Notes: generated by a model not told the origin, from the letters alone. Shown: positions 15,750 through 27,628, counted from the whole stretch's first letter. The stretch: DNA of 63,232 nucleotides, filler included, from Collodictyon triciliatum (GCA_043381765.1; 15 parts of 15 records of this genome joined end to end with filler, not necessarily neighbours in it); one strand, 5' to 3'. Translations and numbers: made by a program.

Positions 15750-18592
15750 TTTGAAGAGAAGATATGTGAAGCTGTCTATTCTTCAAAGGACAGGAAAATA
15801 CTCTCGAAATGTTCGAAATATCTCCTTAATTCCGATTCAAAATAACCGTCTCAATCCCAATCCCAATCCCAATCCCAATCCCAATCGAAATCTCCGTCTC
15901 CGTCTCAATCATTTTCAGAGTCATTTTCGTTGTCAACGTCAGCCTCTCCCTCGAAAACTCAACCTCAGTTCCAATCTCTCTCAGATGTCAACACATTGTC
16001 AAAGTCTCATTCAGAGTCTTCGCTTAAATCCTTATTCTCCATCAAGCATCTGTTACAATCAGAATCAGAGTCCAAACCTGAAACTCTTTCGATATCACCA
16101 ACACAGGCCCATACATCAACAGATATGTTTTCAGAAATTCAGTACGAGTAAAATTCATATAACTCACAAACATATTCCGGTACCAATCCAATACATTAGA
16201 ACCATCAGCTTCGAAATCTAATAATAATTCAGAATCCTCATCACAGCTCCCATCTCAGTCGTTGTCTTTTCCTCCTCAGCCGTCATATTCAATTTCTGAA
16301 GCCTACGAAGTCGGATGAAAGCCAAATAAATTTATTAACGAATGTGGAGACTGTGGACCAAGAAAGCCGCAGATTGACGTAGATTTCTCGGTTAACCCTG
16401 TCGATGAAGCTTTCACGACAAGAAAACCAAACTTTTTTCAAACCCAACCTTGGTCTATGATTCAAAACTTCACAGGACTGAGGTACGGGCCCGCTACAAA
16501 AGTAAGCGCGTCAGTAGCGAACCTAAGTGCCTTTGCTATTATACCACACACATCTGTGCGTGCTGTAGAACCAAAGGGCCTAACCATGACAAAGAGCATT
16601 TACAAGGGTTCTCCACCAATCAAGATTCGTGTTTGGCTTGTTGGAGGTGTAGGCGAGATAATAACAAGCGGTGGTGTAATCCAAGCACACATCAAGCAGC
16701 TTACTTCTGCATCTGTATCTCGCATTAACGACGGAGCTAGTCCGTGCCTACTGACCCTAGTCATGCCAGATAGCATCTTCTCTACGCAGTATGACAGAGT
16801 GATAGCCCCTGCGGTGGTTTTTGGCACGCAATCGCTGGAGCTAGAGTCGGTCACAGCCAAGAGGGCTCCGACATATGAGCCTGCACCCAACAGGGGAATG
16901 GTTATGCAAATTCCCATAGCGCCGGTAAGCGCCGGCGAGACATTCCAAACGTCTATAAGCGCATACACCCAACAATCCATATTGCAAGGTTTCTCGCTGC
17001 TTGTATCATTTAACATGGGAGCCTTTGAGGTCGCTTCCATCAGTGGAGGGAGCAAGCATGCCATTAAGTCAAACCTACAGACTCAGCCCATCTCTCTGGC
17101 GTGTCTGAAGTTAGATTCTTTCGACAACAGCGCGGCGAAAGGAGAAATAAGAGATGCGCTCATCATATCGTGGAAAGTGAAGGCCCTGGTATCTCAAAAG
17201 GAGGCGGGCATGTCGTTTGTGATAACCGAGATGACAGACATCCAGTCATACCCCATCCTGAAACCAAAGACCTCGGGTGTGATGCAGGATGGGAAAGGCT
17301 TGGATACGCTTGGCTACATGGTAATCACTGAATACAGTGTGCGAGGCTAATATATGAGGCCAGAGGAAGCAGAGGTCTTCAATGTGGCATACTTGACATG
17401 GGTGAAGATTAACGTTCGAGTCTATGTCTACGAGTTCTGAGAGCGTAAGGGCCAGGTACATGCTGGGTCTTTCGCTGTCTGTTCATTGAGTGACACAGAA
17501 GTAGCGTCTTTGGAAGGATGTATTGTGGTATTGGACGGCACGGAAAAGAGAGGGGTTTTATTGTACATCAGTAGCAACGGAACATCAACAACCATCCGAG
17601 TTTGGAGGATAGATGCACCTGTCAGGCTTAGCGTAGATTACATCACATTAAATGCTATCAACTGGATGCTGGGCTGGGAGTGTGAGGCTCTATGGACCAA
17701 AAAAGCAGATGGAGAGTCGACGCCAGATTCTACAGTGGGTAAGATACATTTATTGGGGACATCTCATACTTTGCAAGGGTGGTCTCATCCAACATCAAGG
17801 CTGCCTCCATAAAAGGCCAAGAGGTGCTTGGAGTCAGTCCAGGTATTTCGACATTGACTGTATCCAGGGCGTCATTCAACAAAGTAGGCATTACAGTCAG
17901 TAGCGACGTTGTTACGGTCAAGAGACTGGATGTCTCTGTGATTACGGACATGGAGATAAAGACAAACAAAATCAATCAAGGATACACTACAAGCGAGTCA
18001 GGAAGCATGGCGGTAGATGCAATTCAATCATTTACAGAGCAGATGAAGACAGGAGGCGTGGCTGCATATGCAGTGTTTTCAGACGGAAAGAGAATAGCCA
18101 TTACGGAGAGCATGGGGCTTTCCGTCTCTTCCCTTAACAAGGCTGTTGTGGTGACCTCAAACCCTATCAAGGTGGTAGCACAGGACTTGGGGTGCGAATA
18201 TTACGTGCAAGCAACCTGAATGGCATGCGGTGCTCGAGTCGCAACAGGTGTGGGCCTTGTTAATCTTAAGCTTCCAGAAATTACTCAAATAACTGTACGC
18301 ACGGTCGAAAGTAGAGTCACTTCCGTAGACGACATCAGTGCACAAGCTGGGGCGCCCACCTATTTGACGCTATCTGTTGTGGCCAAGTTTGAGGATGGAC
18401 GGACTCTGGACTACACGCTGAACCCAAGAACATCTTATTCAGTCTCAAGCGAGTCCACCGACATGATAGAACTTGTTGTGGATGACTCAGGCGGAGTCCG
18501 AAAAGGCGTTGGATTGCGAGCACGCGGCCATACAACTGGAAGAGCAACCGTACTAGTCTCCATAGCTGGAGATTCAAAGGCAGACCCAGGGA
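15750..18592 (+). pseudogene. Disrupted intronless gene for a large cell-surface protein: Ser-rich stalk plus TMEM132-like cohesin/Ig-like domains
   Basis: SQSQSQSKSPSPSQS low-complexity region (15850-16300). It is followed by PVSAGETFQTSI...FSLLVSFN (cohesin-like), EAEVFNVAYLT, CSLSDTEVASLEGCIVVLDGTEKRG and VWRIDAPVRLSVDYITLNAI, then Big-like repeats (AYAVFSDGKR, VAKFEDGRTLD). In-frame stops end at 17350 and 18219, and there are frameshifts. Confidence 0.6.
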
Positions 18593-18692
18593 NNNNNNNN
18601 NNNNNNNNNNNNNNNNNNNNNNNNNNNNNNNNNNNNTTAATTAATTAANNNNNNNNNNNNNNNNNNNNNNNNNNNNNNNNNNNNNNNNNNNN

Positions 18693-21600
18693 GAAGGTGA
18701 ATTACCAACTAACCCACAATACGGAGAATTTTTCAATCCAAATCATGGCCATACCCTCGATGATGGGAAAACGCCTTCTTACTCGATATTTGTGCTACGA
18801 TGCGCACCCATTAAGAAATCTAGCGCCACGACGTATGAGTTCTTCCACAAATCGCTCTACGAATTCTTTGCTGCTGAATACATCAAAGATGAAATCAATA
18901 GTTCCGATGTGGAAAATAAAGATTCTGTCCAACCATCAACAGAGGCTCAAAATGTTGCATATTCTTCTGAAGCCGCGAATTCTAATAATGGAAAATCTGA
19001 TGCAAAATCATCAAGCACCGTGCTCTCCCATGTTGTTAATTCTGTGATGAAATCAAAAGTGAAGACAAAAGTTCTGGATAAAAAGCTTGAGCCTGCCATT
19101 CTGCTCAACCTGAGTGAAAAAGTGAACAAAGACAAAGCCTTCAAAGACAATCTGTTTTCAATCATCGAGCAGTCTAAGACAGATGCAACCAAAGCGCAAG
19201 CTGCGTCGAATGCCATCACAATTCTGAATTATGCTGATATTTCATTCAGCGGCATGGATTTCAGAGGGATTCAAATTCCAGATGCCGACATGTCACAGTC
19301 TGTTGCTGATGGTGCTAACTTCACTAATGCCAACTTGGAGGGTGTTTTGTTCTATAATGCATGTATTTCGAACTGTGTTTTTGATGACGCAATCATGAAA
19401 GGTGTTAATTTTGGTCGCTTGCCTTTGTTTTTGGGACATAGAAGTGATGTCACTGGTGTTTGCAGCATTCAAGGACCGAATGGTGAAAATTGGCTGGCTT
19501 CTGGAAGTTGTAATCCCTATAGTATTGTTGATAAAAGCATACGTATTTGGGATGTAGCCACAGGAAACCAAATCAAAATATTAGAGGGTCATACATATTT
19601 TGTATCGTGTATTTGCAGTATTCAAGGACCGAATGGTGAAAATTGGTTGGCTTCTGGAAGTTTTGATAAAACAATACTTATTCTTGATGTAGCCACAGGA
19701 AACCAAATCAAAACATTAGGAGGACATACAAATGGTGTCAATAGTGTTTGCAGTATTCAAGGACCGAATGGTGAAAGGTGGTTGGCCTCTGGAAGTGCTG
19801 ATATCTTTGGAGGTGGTGATAAAACAATACGCATTTGGGATATAGTCACAGGAAACCAAATCAAAACGTTAGAAGGACACACAGATAGTGTGACCAGTGT
19901 TTGCAATATTCAAGGGCCGAATGGTGAAAATTGGCTGGCATCTGGAAGCTATGATAATACAATATGCCTTTGGGATGTAGCCACAGCAAACCAAATCAAA
20001 TCGTTAGAAGGTCATACAGAACGTGTCAATAGTGTTTGCAGTATTCAAGGACCGAATGGTGAAACCTGGTTGGCTTCTGGAAGTAGTGATAATACAATAC
20101 GTATTTGGGATGTAGCCACAGGATACCAAATCAAAACATTAGAAGGACATACAAGCGACATTCGAGGTGTTTGCAGTATTCAAGGACCTAGTGGTAAACC
20201 CCGGTTGGCTTCTGGAAGTAGTGATGAAACAATACGTATCTGGGATGTAGCTACTGGCAACCAAATCAAAACATTAGAAGGTCATACAAGTTTTGTCAAC
20301 AGTGTTTGCAGTATTCAAGGACTGAATGGTGAAAATTGGTTGGCTTCTGGAAGTTATGATAAAACAATACGTATTTGGGATGTAGCCACAGGAAACGAAA
20401 TCAAAACATTAGAAGGTCATACAAGTTTTGTCACTAGTGTTTGCAGTGTTCAAGGACCGAATGGGGAAAATTGGCTGGCTTCTGGAAGTTATGATAATAC
20501 AATACGTATTTGGGATGTAGCCGAAGGAAACCAAATCAAAACATTAGAGGGTCATAAAGAGCCAGTCATGAGTGTTTGCAGTGTTCAAGGACCTAGTGGT
20601 AAACCCCGGTTGGCTTCTGGAAGTAGTGATAAAACAATACGTATTTGGGATGTAGCCACAGGAAACCAAATTAAAATATTAGAAGGACATACAGGTGAAA
20701 TCAATAGTGTTTGCAGTATTCAAGGACCGAATGGTGAAAAGTGGCTGGCTTCTGGAAGTGCTGATATAACAATACGTATTTGGGGTGTAGCCACAGGAAA
20801 TCAAATTAAAACATTAGAAGGTCATACAACCGCTGTCACTAGTGTTTGCAGTATTCAAGGACCGAATGGTGAAAATTGGCTGGCTTCTGGAAGTTATGAT
20901 AATACAATACGTATTTGGGATGTAGCCGAAGGAAACCAAATCAAAACATTAGAAGGACATATAAGAGGTGTCATGAGTGTTTGCAGTGTTCAAGGACCGA
21001 ATGGTGAAATATGGTTGGCTTCTGGAAGTGAGGATGGAACAATACATATTTGGGATGAAGCCATAGGAAATGAAATCAAAACATTAGAAGGACATATAAG
21101 AGGTGTCATGAGTGTTTGCAGTGTTCAAGGACCGAATGGTGAAATATGGTTGGCTTCTGGAAGTTGGGATAAGACAATACGTATTTGGGGTGTCGCTACA
21201 GAAAACCAAATACAATGTTCTCAAAAACCAAAAATGACCTACAACGAGAATAGTCGATTCATCATGAAAGATAAACCAGAAAAAATCATCGCAGTATTCA
21301 ATGTAAGAAGTGATAGGATTAACACGATCGATGCAAACAGAATAATGAATGTGAGAACTGTTCGAATTATCGGCCCAAGAACTGTTGAAGCTGTTAATAC
21401 TCGTATAAATAGAGCTGAACTGAGTGCGATGAACAAGAAACTATTCCTGCAAGAAGGTGCTGCTTCCTTTGATACGGACTTTGTTGCTTATTGTGAGCAG
21501 GGTAAGTTCACCAAGTTCCAAGCTCAAATGATGGCTGAGTGTTATGATAATGGATGGGGTGTTGAAAGGGACACCAAGAAAGCAGCTGAATGGTTTGGAA

Positions 21601-22025
21601 AGGCTGAAAACTTTAAAAAACTGAAGCAACTCGCACAACAAGGCTCAAAGGAGGCATTCAATGTCTTGAAAGAAATGGCTGATATGAAATATGAATATGG
21701 CGGATACATATATACACATGCTGTCTCTATTGTTGCTGAATGTTATGAGAATGGATGGGGTGTTGAGAAGGACACTTTACTGTCTCTTAAATGGGAAATA
21801 TTCAGTGGAAAAGCTGAAAACCTTGACAAATTGAAGCAACTATCCCAACAAGGCTCAAAAGAGGCATTCAATATTTTGAAAGAAATGGCTGAAATGAAAT
21901 ATGAATATGGCGGATACATATATACACAGGCTGTTTCTATTGTTGCTGAATGCTATGAGAATGGGTGGAGTGTTGAGAAAGACATCGAGAAAGCTGCTGA
22001 GTGGAAACAGAAAGCCTCAGCTTAA
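18693..22025 (+). CDS. NLR-like STAND protein (5'-truncated): NACHT winged-helix tail + pentapeptide repeats + 13 WD40 + SEL1-like repeats; intronless
   Basis: The frame is open from the contig start at 18693. It contains YEFFHKSLYEFFAAEYI (NACHT WHD motif), AASNAITILN..ISFSGMDFRGIQIPDADMS..ANFTNANLEGV (pentapeptide), 13 GH...WD repeats and AECYxNGWGVEKD SEL1-like repeats. Confidence 0.88.
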   Translation, partial: EGELPTNPQYGEFFNPNHGHTLDDGKTPSYSIFVLRCAPIKKSSATTYEFFHKSLYEFFAAEYIKDEINSSDVENKDSVQPSTEAQNVAYSSEAANSNNGKSDAKSSSTVLSHVVNSVMKSKVKTKVLDKKLEPAILLNLSEKVNKDKAFKDNLFSIIEQSKTDATKAQAASNAITILNYADISFSGMDFRGIQIPDADMSQSVADGANFTNANLEGVLFYNACISNCVFDDAIMKGVNFGRLPLFLGHRSDVTGVCSIQGPNGENWLASGSCNPYSIVDKSIRIWDVATGNQIKILEGHTYFVSCICSIQGPNGENWLASGSFDKTILILDVATGNQIKTLGGHTNGVNSVCSIQGPNGERWLASGSADIFGGGDKTIRIWDIVTGNQIKTLEGHTDSVTSVCNIQGPNGENWLASGSYDNTICLWDVATANQIKSLEGHTERVNSVCSIQGPNGETWLASGSSDNTIRIWDVATGYQIKTLEGHTSDIRGVCSIQGPSGKPRLASGSSDETIRIWDVATGNQIKTLEGHTSFVNSVCSIQGLNGENWLASGSYDKTIRIWDVATGNEIKTLEGHTSFVTSVCSVQGPNGENWLASGSYDNTIRIWDVAEGNQIKTLEGHKEPVMSVCSVQGPSGKPRLASGSSDKTIRIWDVATGNQIKILEGHTGEINSVCSIQGPNGEKWLASGSADITIRIWGVATGNQIKTLEGHTTAVTSVCSIQGPNGENWLASGSYDNTIRIWDVAEGNQIKTLEGHIRGVMSVCSVQGPNGEIWLASGSEDGTIHIWDEAIGNEIKTLEGHIRGVMSVCSVQGPNGEIWLASGSWDKTIRIWGVATENQIQCSQKPKMTYNENSRFIMKDKPEKIIAVFNVRSDRINTIDANRIMNVRTVRIIGPRTVEAVNTRINRAELSAMNKKLFLQEGAASFDTDFVAYCEQGKFTKFQAQMMAECYDNGWGVERDTKKAAEWFGKAENFKKLKQLAQQGSKEAFNVLKEMADMKYEYGGYIYTHAVSIVAECYENGWGVEKDTLLSLKWEIFSGKAENLDKLKQLSQQGSKEAFNILKEMAEMKYEYGGYIYTQAVSIVAECYENGWSVEKDIEKAAEWKQKASA
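19430..21205 (+). repeat. Coding tandem array of 13 highly similar ~135-bp (45-aa) WD40 units
   Basis: GAAGG(T/A)CATA recurs every 135 bp (e.g. ~20007, 20142, 20277 ... 21087). The consensus unit is LEGHTxxVxSVCSIQGPNGENWLASGSxDxTIRIWDVATGNQIKT. Confidence 0.95.
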
Positions 22026-22330
22026 CAAGGTAAGTAACATCAATGCATCTTATTACTCTACATGTTCTTACACCATAATCATTTTAGAAGGAGAGATTCT
22101 CTGGGTTTTTTTCAAACAGACATCTGCCTTTTTTACCAGATGGACGCTCCATGAAAACATAATAAAAATTGAAAAAAATTAATTCTACGACTGATTGATG
22201 TATATTGAATTTTTTTACTCTAATTTTTTATTTTGAGACCTCAAATATGTGTTTCTAATACTCTGGAAAGCATTCATGACTTTATAGCTTCTTTGTTCAT
22301 ATGCTTCGTTATTTTACTTCCCATAATCTC

Positions 22331-22730
22331 TATTATTCACTCTTTCAATTTTGTGCGGGATGGTGGCGTCGTTGGCTTTGGTTCGCTAGCCATCGTTTGC
22401 ATGGACGCTACTTGGTGGCCGGGTGGCGGAGAAGTAGTCGGGAATCAGGAGTTGCATCCTGCGGTTTGGCATGTAGCCTTGGTCTTGTGCTTGCATGAGA
22501 AAAACAAGGCGAGGTTTAATCTCTTTCATGGCTTCTTTCCACATGTCTCTTCTCACAGGTTCTGAGTAGTAGAGAACGTGCAGGTGGCGAAGAAAGCTAT
22601 TGAGTAAAGAGATTTGTATGATTTCATCAAGCCTATTATCAGGAATGGGTGGCTGGTTGTTGAGTCTTGCTTTGCGTGAGTATATGCGTGCTATCCACAT
22701 AGTCCATAGCAAATGGCCTCGCGTCACTGC
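22331..22730 (-). mobile_element. 3' end of an L1/Tx1-like non-LTR retrotransposon (ORF2 C-terminus + 3' UTR; family 'B')
   Basis: LLWTMWIARIYSRKAR resembles the WxIWxxRN ORF2 C-terminal motif. It shares >200 bp homology with 50244-50470, and its terminus CACCATCCCGCACAAAATTGAAAGAGTGAATAATA also occurs at 50492 and 61415. Confidence 0.65.
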
Positions 22731-24417
22731 NNNNNNNNNNNNNNNNNNNNNNNNNNNNNNNNNNNNNNNNNNNNTTAATTAATTAANNNNNNNNNNNNNN
22801 NNNNNNNNNNNNNNNNNNNNNNNNNNNNNNTATGTATGTATGTATGTATGTATGTATGTATGTATGTATGTATGTATGTATGTATGTATGTATGTATGTA
22901 TGTATGTATGTATGTATGTATGTATGTATGTATGTATGTGTGTGTATGTTATGTTTTATTGAGTAGTCAGTCACCTTTTTTTTTCTTTTCTTATTTATTT
23001 TTCTCTTGAAGGTGATCAAAATGCAAGCCTCTTCTGATCGAGTATTAAGTCAACAACCAAAAAAAATGAAAGAAAGAAAGAAAAGAAAGAAAGAAAAGGC
23101 ACAAAGTGAGTTCCTGGGAAGCGCCTTTGATACTGTCATTGGCTTGATAGTTTTTCTTGTGCGATGGAAGAGGATCATCGAGTTACTGGCCAGGGCTTCG
23201 GATATACAGAAAGACTCGTCAAGGAAATGACAAGGAGCCCATCGAACAAACGAACAAACTAAATAACAAAAAAATAAAAAAGAAAAAGAGTGCCTTGCAC
23301 TGAAAGTGGGTTTGCTCTGCGCGGCGGGGTGGGAATTGGCGAGCATCTGACGGATGTGGGTGCGAAACCATACCATAAACAGGCAGGCATCTGAATTTGC
23401 TTCCCACTCCGCCCTTTGTCCAAAGGAAGAAATCTAAGACTACTTATGGATAAAGATGGATTCACAGATTTTTAGACACAAATGCACATATTTCTGCACA
23501 GGTCTCACATCTCGATTTGGCCATACCAACTTATTTTTGCATTTTCCCTTTAAATTTTTCGTTTTATCCATATTTTTTTCTTCGACCATTGCGAGCCACG
23601 CCCAGAAGATACGATCGAAGCACGATCAAATATCAGCCTGTCTCGGATCAAACAAAGCGGTGAAAGCCAGCAACCAGAGACGAAGCAGCGTTGAGAAAAC
23701 AAAACAAAACAAAAACTACANNNNNNNNNNNNNNNNNNNNNNNNNNNNNNNNNNNNNNNNNNNNNNNNNNNNNNNNNNNNNNNNNNNNNNNNNNNNNNNN
23801 NNNNNNNNNNNNNNNNNNNNNNNNNNNNNNNNNNNNNNNNNNNNNNNNNNNNNNNNNNNNNNNNNNNNNNNNNNNNNNNNNNNNNNNNNNNNNNNNNNNN
23901 NNNNNNNNNNNNNNNNNNNNNNNNNNNNNNNNNNNNNNNNNNNNNNNNNNNNNNNNNNNNNNNNNNNNNNNNNNNNNNNNNNNNNNNNNNNNNNNNNNNN
24001 NNNNNNNNNNNNNNNNNNNNNNNNNNNNNNNNNNNNNNNNNNNNNNNNNNNNNNNNNNNNNNNNNNNNNNNNNNNNNNNNNNNNNNNNNNNNNNNNNNNN
24101 NNNNNNNNNNNNNNNNNNNNNNNNNNNNNNNNNNNNNNNNNNNNNNNNNNNNNNNNNNNNNNNNNNNNNNNNNNNNNNNNNNNNNNNNNNNNNNNNNNNN
24201 NNNNNNNNNNNNNNNNNNNNNNNNNNNNNNNNNNNNNNNNNNNNNNNNNNNNNNNNNNNNNNNNNNNNNNNNNNNNNNNNNNNNNNNNNNNNNNNNNNNN
24301 NNNNNNNNNNNNNNNNNNNNNNNNNNNNNNNNNNNNNNNNNNNNNNNNNNNNNNNNNNNNNNNNNNNNNNNNNNNNNNNNNNNNNNNNNNNNNNNNNNNN
24401 NNNNNNNNNNNNNNNNN

Positions 24418-26736
24418 GGAGACGAAGGCGCGAGAGACACCGATGCAGAGAACGCGGCAGAGCGAGGCCGAGGCGGAAATGCCGGCCGCAATCGCCAGCC
24501 GAATCGGCGGAGAGCATCGCGCTCGAAGGCGTCGGCATCGCGGGGCGCACGTAGTGGAGAAACCGGGACGAACTTTAGTGTCAAGCTGGACAGGATTAGT
24601 GCGATGAAGCGGGACCAGGTTTCGGTTAGTGCCCGCACAAATTCTGATAAGGAGGAGGCTGTGCTGGATGCTGTGGATGCGTTCAGGCAATCGTTTTTCC
24701 ATCTCTTTCCGACTCGGCCGCTCTTGCTTTTGCAGCCGCTCAACGAATGTGGCATTTCGGTGTGGTTTCATATATATATGTATTCTTTGATGGCTGATAT
24801 TTATATATATGCATATGATTTTCTTGTGAAAAAGAAAAACGATTGTTTATTAATCATTGAGTTTGAATAACGAACTCCTTTCCTTTATTATATATTACTC
24901 TTTGAAAACATGAATGGAGTGTATTGAGAGATGATTGCATTCAAATGCAAGTCTTGTCTGATATGTCCTCATTGAAAATAATGTTCATTTGATATAATGT
25001 GGCAACCATAGAAATTCATCTGCACCACCTTGCGACCAACCCAACTGCCTTACGAGCAACTGTATGATTACACAACATGTGCAAAATTTGTCGCAGACTT
25101 CATCACATATGAATCTCTGTTGAAACCATATGAGATAGTTTGTGTTTACTTCTGTACATTATTGTTCTCTACTGAATAATCAGTATCATACACTCTAGCT
25201 CCCTTTTCTCTGATATAATTGTTCTATAATATTTCTTATTCCCCTTCCTTATTTATATATGCTACGTAAAATTTGATTCATATATCAATTATTATTTTTA
25301 ACGAATAACTGATGTATATCCTAGCCAAAGTATGTCTTGTCTCCAAAGAGAACCTTGGAATGGCAAATAGGCGATTCCATCGATATGAGCCTTGTACTTG
25401 CTTCCCTTTTAATCGGAGTAGGCTACGATGCTTATTGCGTTCTTGGATATGCAACCAAGGAAGTAACTCTGAAAGATGAGAGGAAAGCTGAATGTCCGGC
25501 CCTCTCTGATGGGCAGAGGGTTTTTTTTCCCTTTAGAGAATACTACTACTACTACTCCACCACAAAGAATATTCAGTATTTGTGCTCATTCCTGTCTTCA
25601 TCACTTAACAATAGTATCTCTCAGCCATGAAATCCACCTATATATTTTCATAGGAGGACAATGGACGCCCGAACTCTGGGCGTAAAGTCTACAAATTCAA
25701 CTCTAGGCCTGTCTTGGAAAGCAAATTCGTAAAAATGATGGAAGAAAAGAAATTAAAAGCAGAAGAGCTCGAGAGACAGAAAGCCGTCATGCTACTTCGA
25801 AAGAGCGAATCTGTAATAGCTCATACTATTTTATCTACCATTAATAAACCATAACAATATGTTAGTCACTCTCAGATTCATTTAACCAATTTTTCTTGAT
25901 TGTTTATATTCTGATACACATAGAGAGACCAAACCTTTAGAAGAGACCCTTTCTATGGAAAGAGAATTCATTGCTGGGTTATGTTGTTCGCAGGGAAAAG
26001 AGAACTCCCGACTAATATGTTTATTGGTAAGAACATCTAGCGCCATCTTGTTTACGAATCCGACAACTGTCGCTCCAAAGTTGGTAATATATACTGTAGA
26101 AAATCTTGTCTCACATATATTTTTTTCCTCCGCAGAATCTACCACAGGGGCTTGCTACCCTGTGGAGTATCCTTCTTACCTCGGTATTGAGACTATGTGG
26201 AATCATAGAAATGTCTGGGTTAATATGCAAACAAAAGCATCTGGAATCAAGGTAATCACGTTCGTAATATAAAGAACATTATTGTGAAGAAGCGGTTTAT
26301 CTAATTTTTTCCATGCATAATTTTTATACGTCCTTCTAATACTTTAATTCACGGAAAGGATTTGTCGTTTGATTTACACGATGTATCGAGATGGGAACAT
26401 GTTATTCGAGACGCCTCTGAAGTAAAGAAAGGTCAAGAGAGTCTACACTTCCATGAAGAAGAAGACCGCCATAAAGCTGAGCTTGACAATGGAGACGACC
26501 CGGAAAAGGTATATCTCATATAAAAAATGATATTTTATAGATGACATTTTTCAAATGAATAGATAGTCTTTTGAACACCTCAGAAAAGGGAAACCTACCA
26601 ACACAATTATAAAATTGTTATATAGGCAGTCGATCTCCCACCATCCTGGGTTGACAAATTGGAAATTCCAAAAGATGCTTTTCATATGAGATGTCCTCAA
26701 GGGCAGAGGGAAAATGTCTACAGAAAGTGCAAGTTC
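24418..26736 (+). CDS. DRC7: Dynein regulatory complex subunit 7 (CCDC135/FAP50), partial, multi-exon
   Basis: FRQSFFHLFPTRPLLLLQPLNECG|KFICTTLRPTQLPYEQLYD..CAKFVADFITYE|LSPKRTLEWQIGDSIDMSLVLASLLIGVGYDAYCVLGYA...HCWVMLFAGKRE...YLGIETMWNHRNVWVNMQ...DLPPSWVDKLEI. Confidence 0.92.
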
Positions 26737-27054
26737 GTAAGTAGACAATTTTATTACATCCCATTTAACAAGGATGTTGATGACTCTATCAAAAAAATAA
26801 AAGAAAAAAATAAAAGAAAAAAATAAAAGAAAAAAATAAAAGAAAAAAATAAAAGAAAAAAATAAAANNNNNNNNNNNNNNNNNNNNNNNNNNNNNNNNN
26901 NNNNNNNNNNNTTAATTAATTAANNNNNNNNNNNNNNNNNNNNNNNNNNNNNNNNNNNNNNNNNNNNTTTTTTTTTTTTTTTATTCCTAGGGGGTTCTTG
27001 TTTTTTTTTTTTTTTTTTTTTTTATTATTCTAGTCCACCTGCTTCTAAAAGACT

Positions 27055-27505
27055 ATGCCACATATTATGATTCGGCGCCTTATAGTTTCCTCCAAGTGTC
27101 ACCAACACGACGAGGACTGTCTTTTTTGCAAGATCGTTCAAAAGAAGATCCCGTCGCTGAACCTTCTTGAGACAGACTTGACATACTCCTTCCTCGATAT
27201 AAATCCTCTTTCTAACGGCCATGTACTCGTCATACCCAAGCAGCATGGAGTTAAATGTAAGTGGTTGAGTTTTTAGAGGCATTTGAAGACCCACAGTAGA
27301 TTTTATGTATCACGATACCTGGAATTGTGGCAAAAAACAAAAACAAAAACACGTAAAAGCATGAAAGCATACAAACAATGATTGAAACAGCCCTTGAACG
27401 GGTACATACATTATTTCACACGAATGAGCTATCATCGTCACATTATCCATATTATCATTATTTTAAAAGAAAAATACTAGATTCAGTTGTTATACCTGTT
27501 CACCT

Positions 27506-27554
<49 letters not shown>

Positions 27555-27561
27555 TTCTTAC

Positions 27562-27628
<67 letters not shown>

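Noticed and set aside
16457-18592. In-frame TAA/TGA suggesting a variant genetic code
   Set aside because: Frameshifts co-occur, the stops are explained by single substitutions (TTA>TAA, TGG>TGA), and conserved genes in the window use standard stops.
19430-21205. 135-bp repeats with variable segments, superficially CRISPR-like or DGR-like
   Set aside because: They are in-frame WD40 coding units with no unique spacers, cas genes, or template-repeat/RT pair.
23456-24771. Long ORFs in the ORF track spanning this region, and many K/R/E- or F/L/S-rich ORFs elsewhere
   Set aside because: They are artefacts of N gaps and microsatellites.
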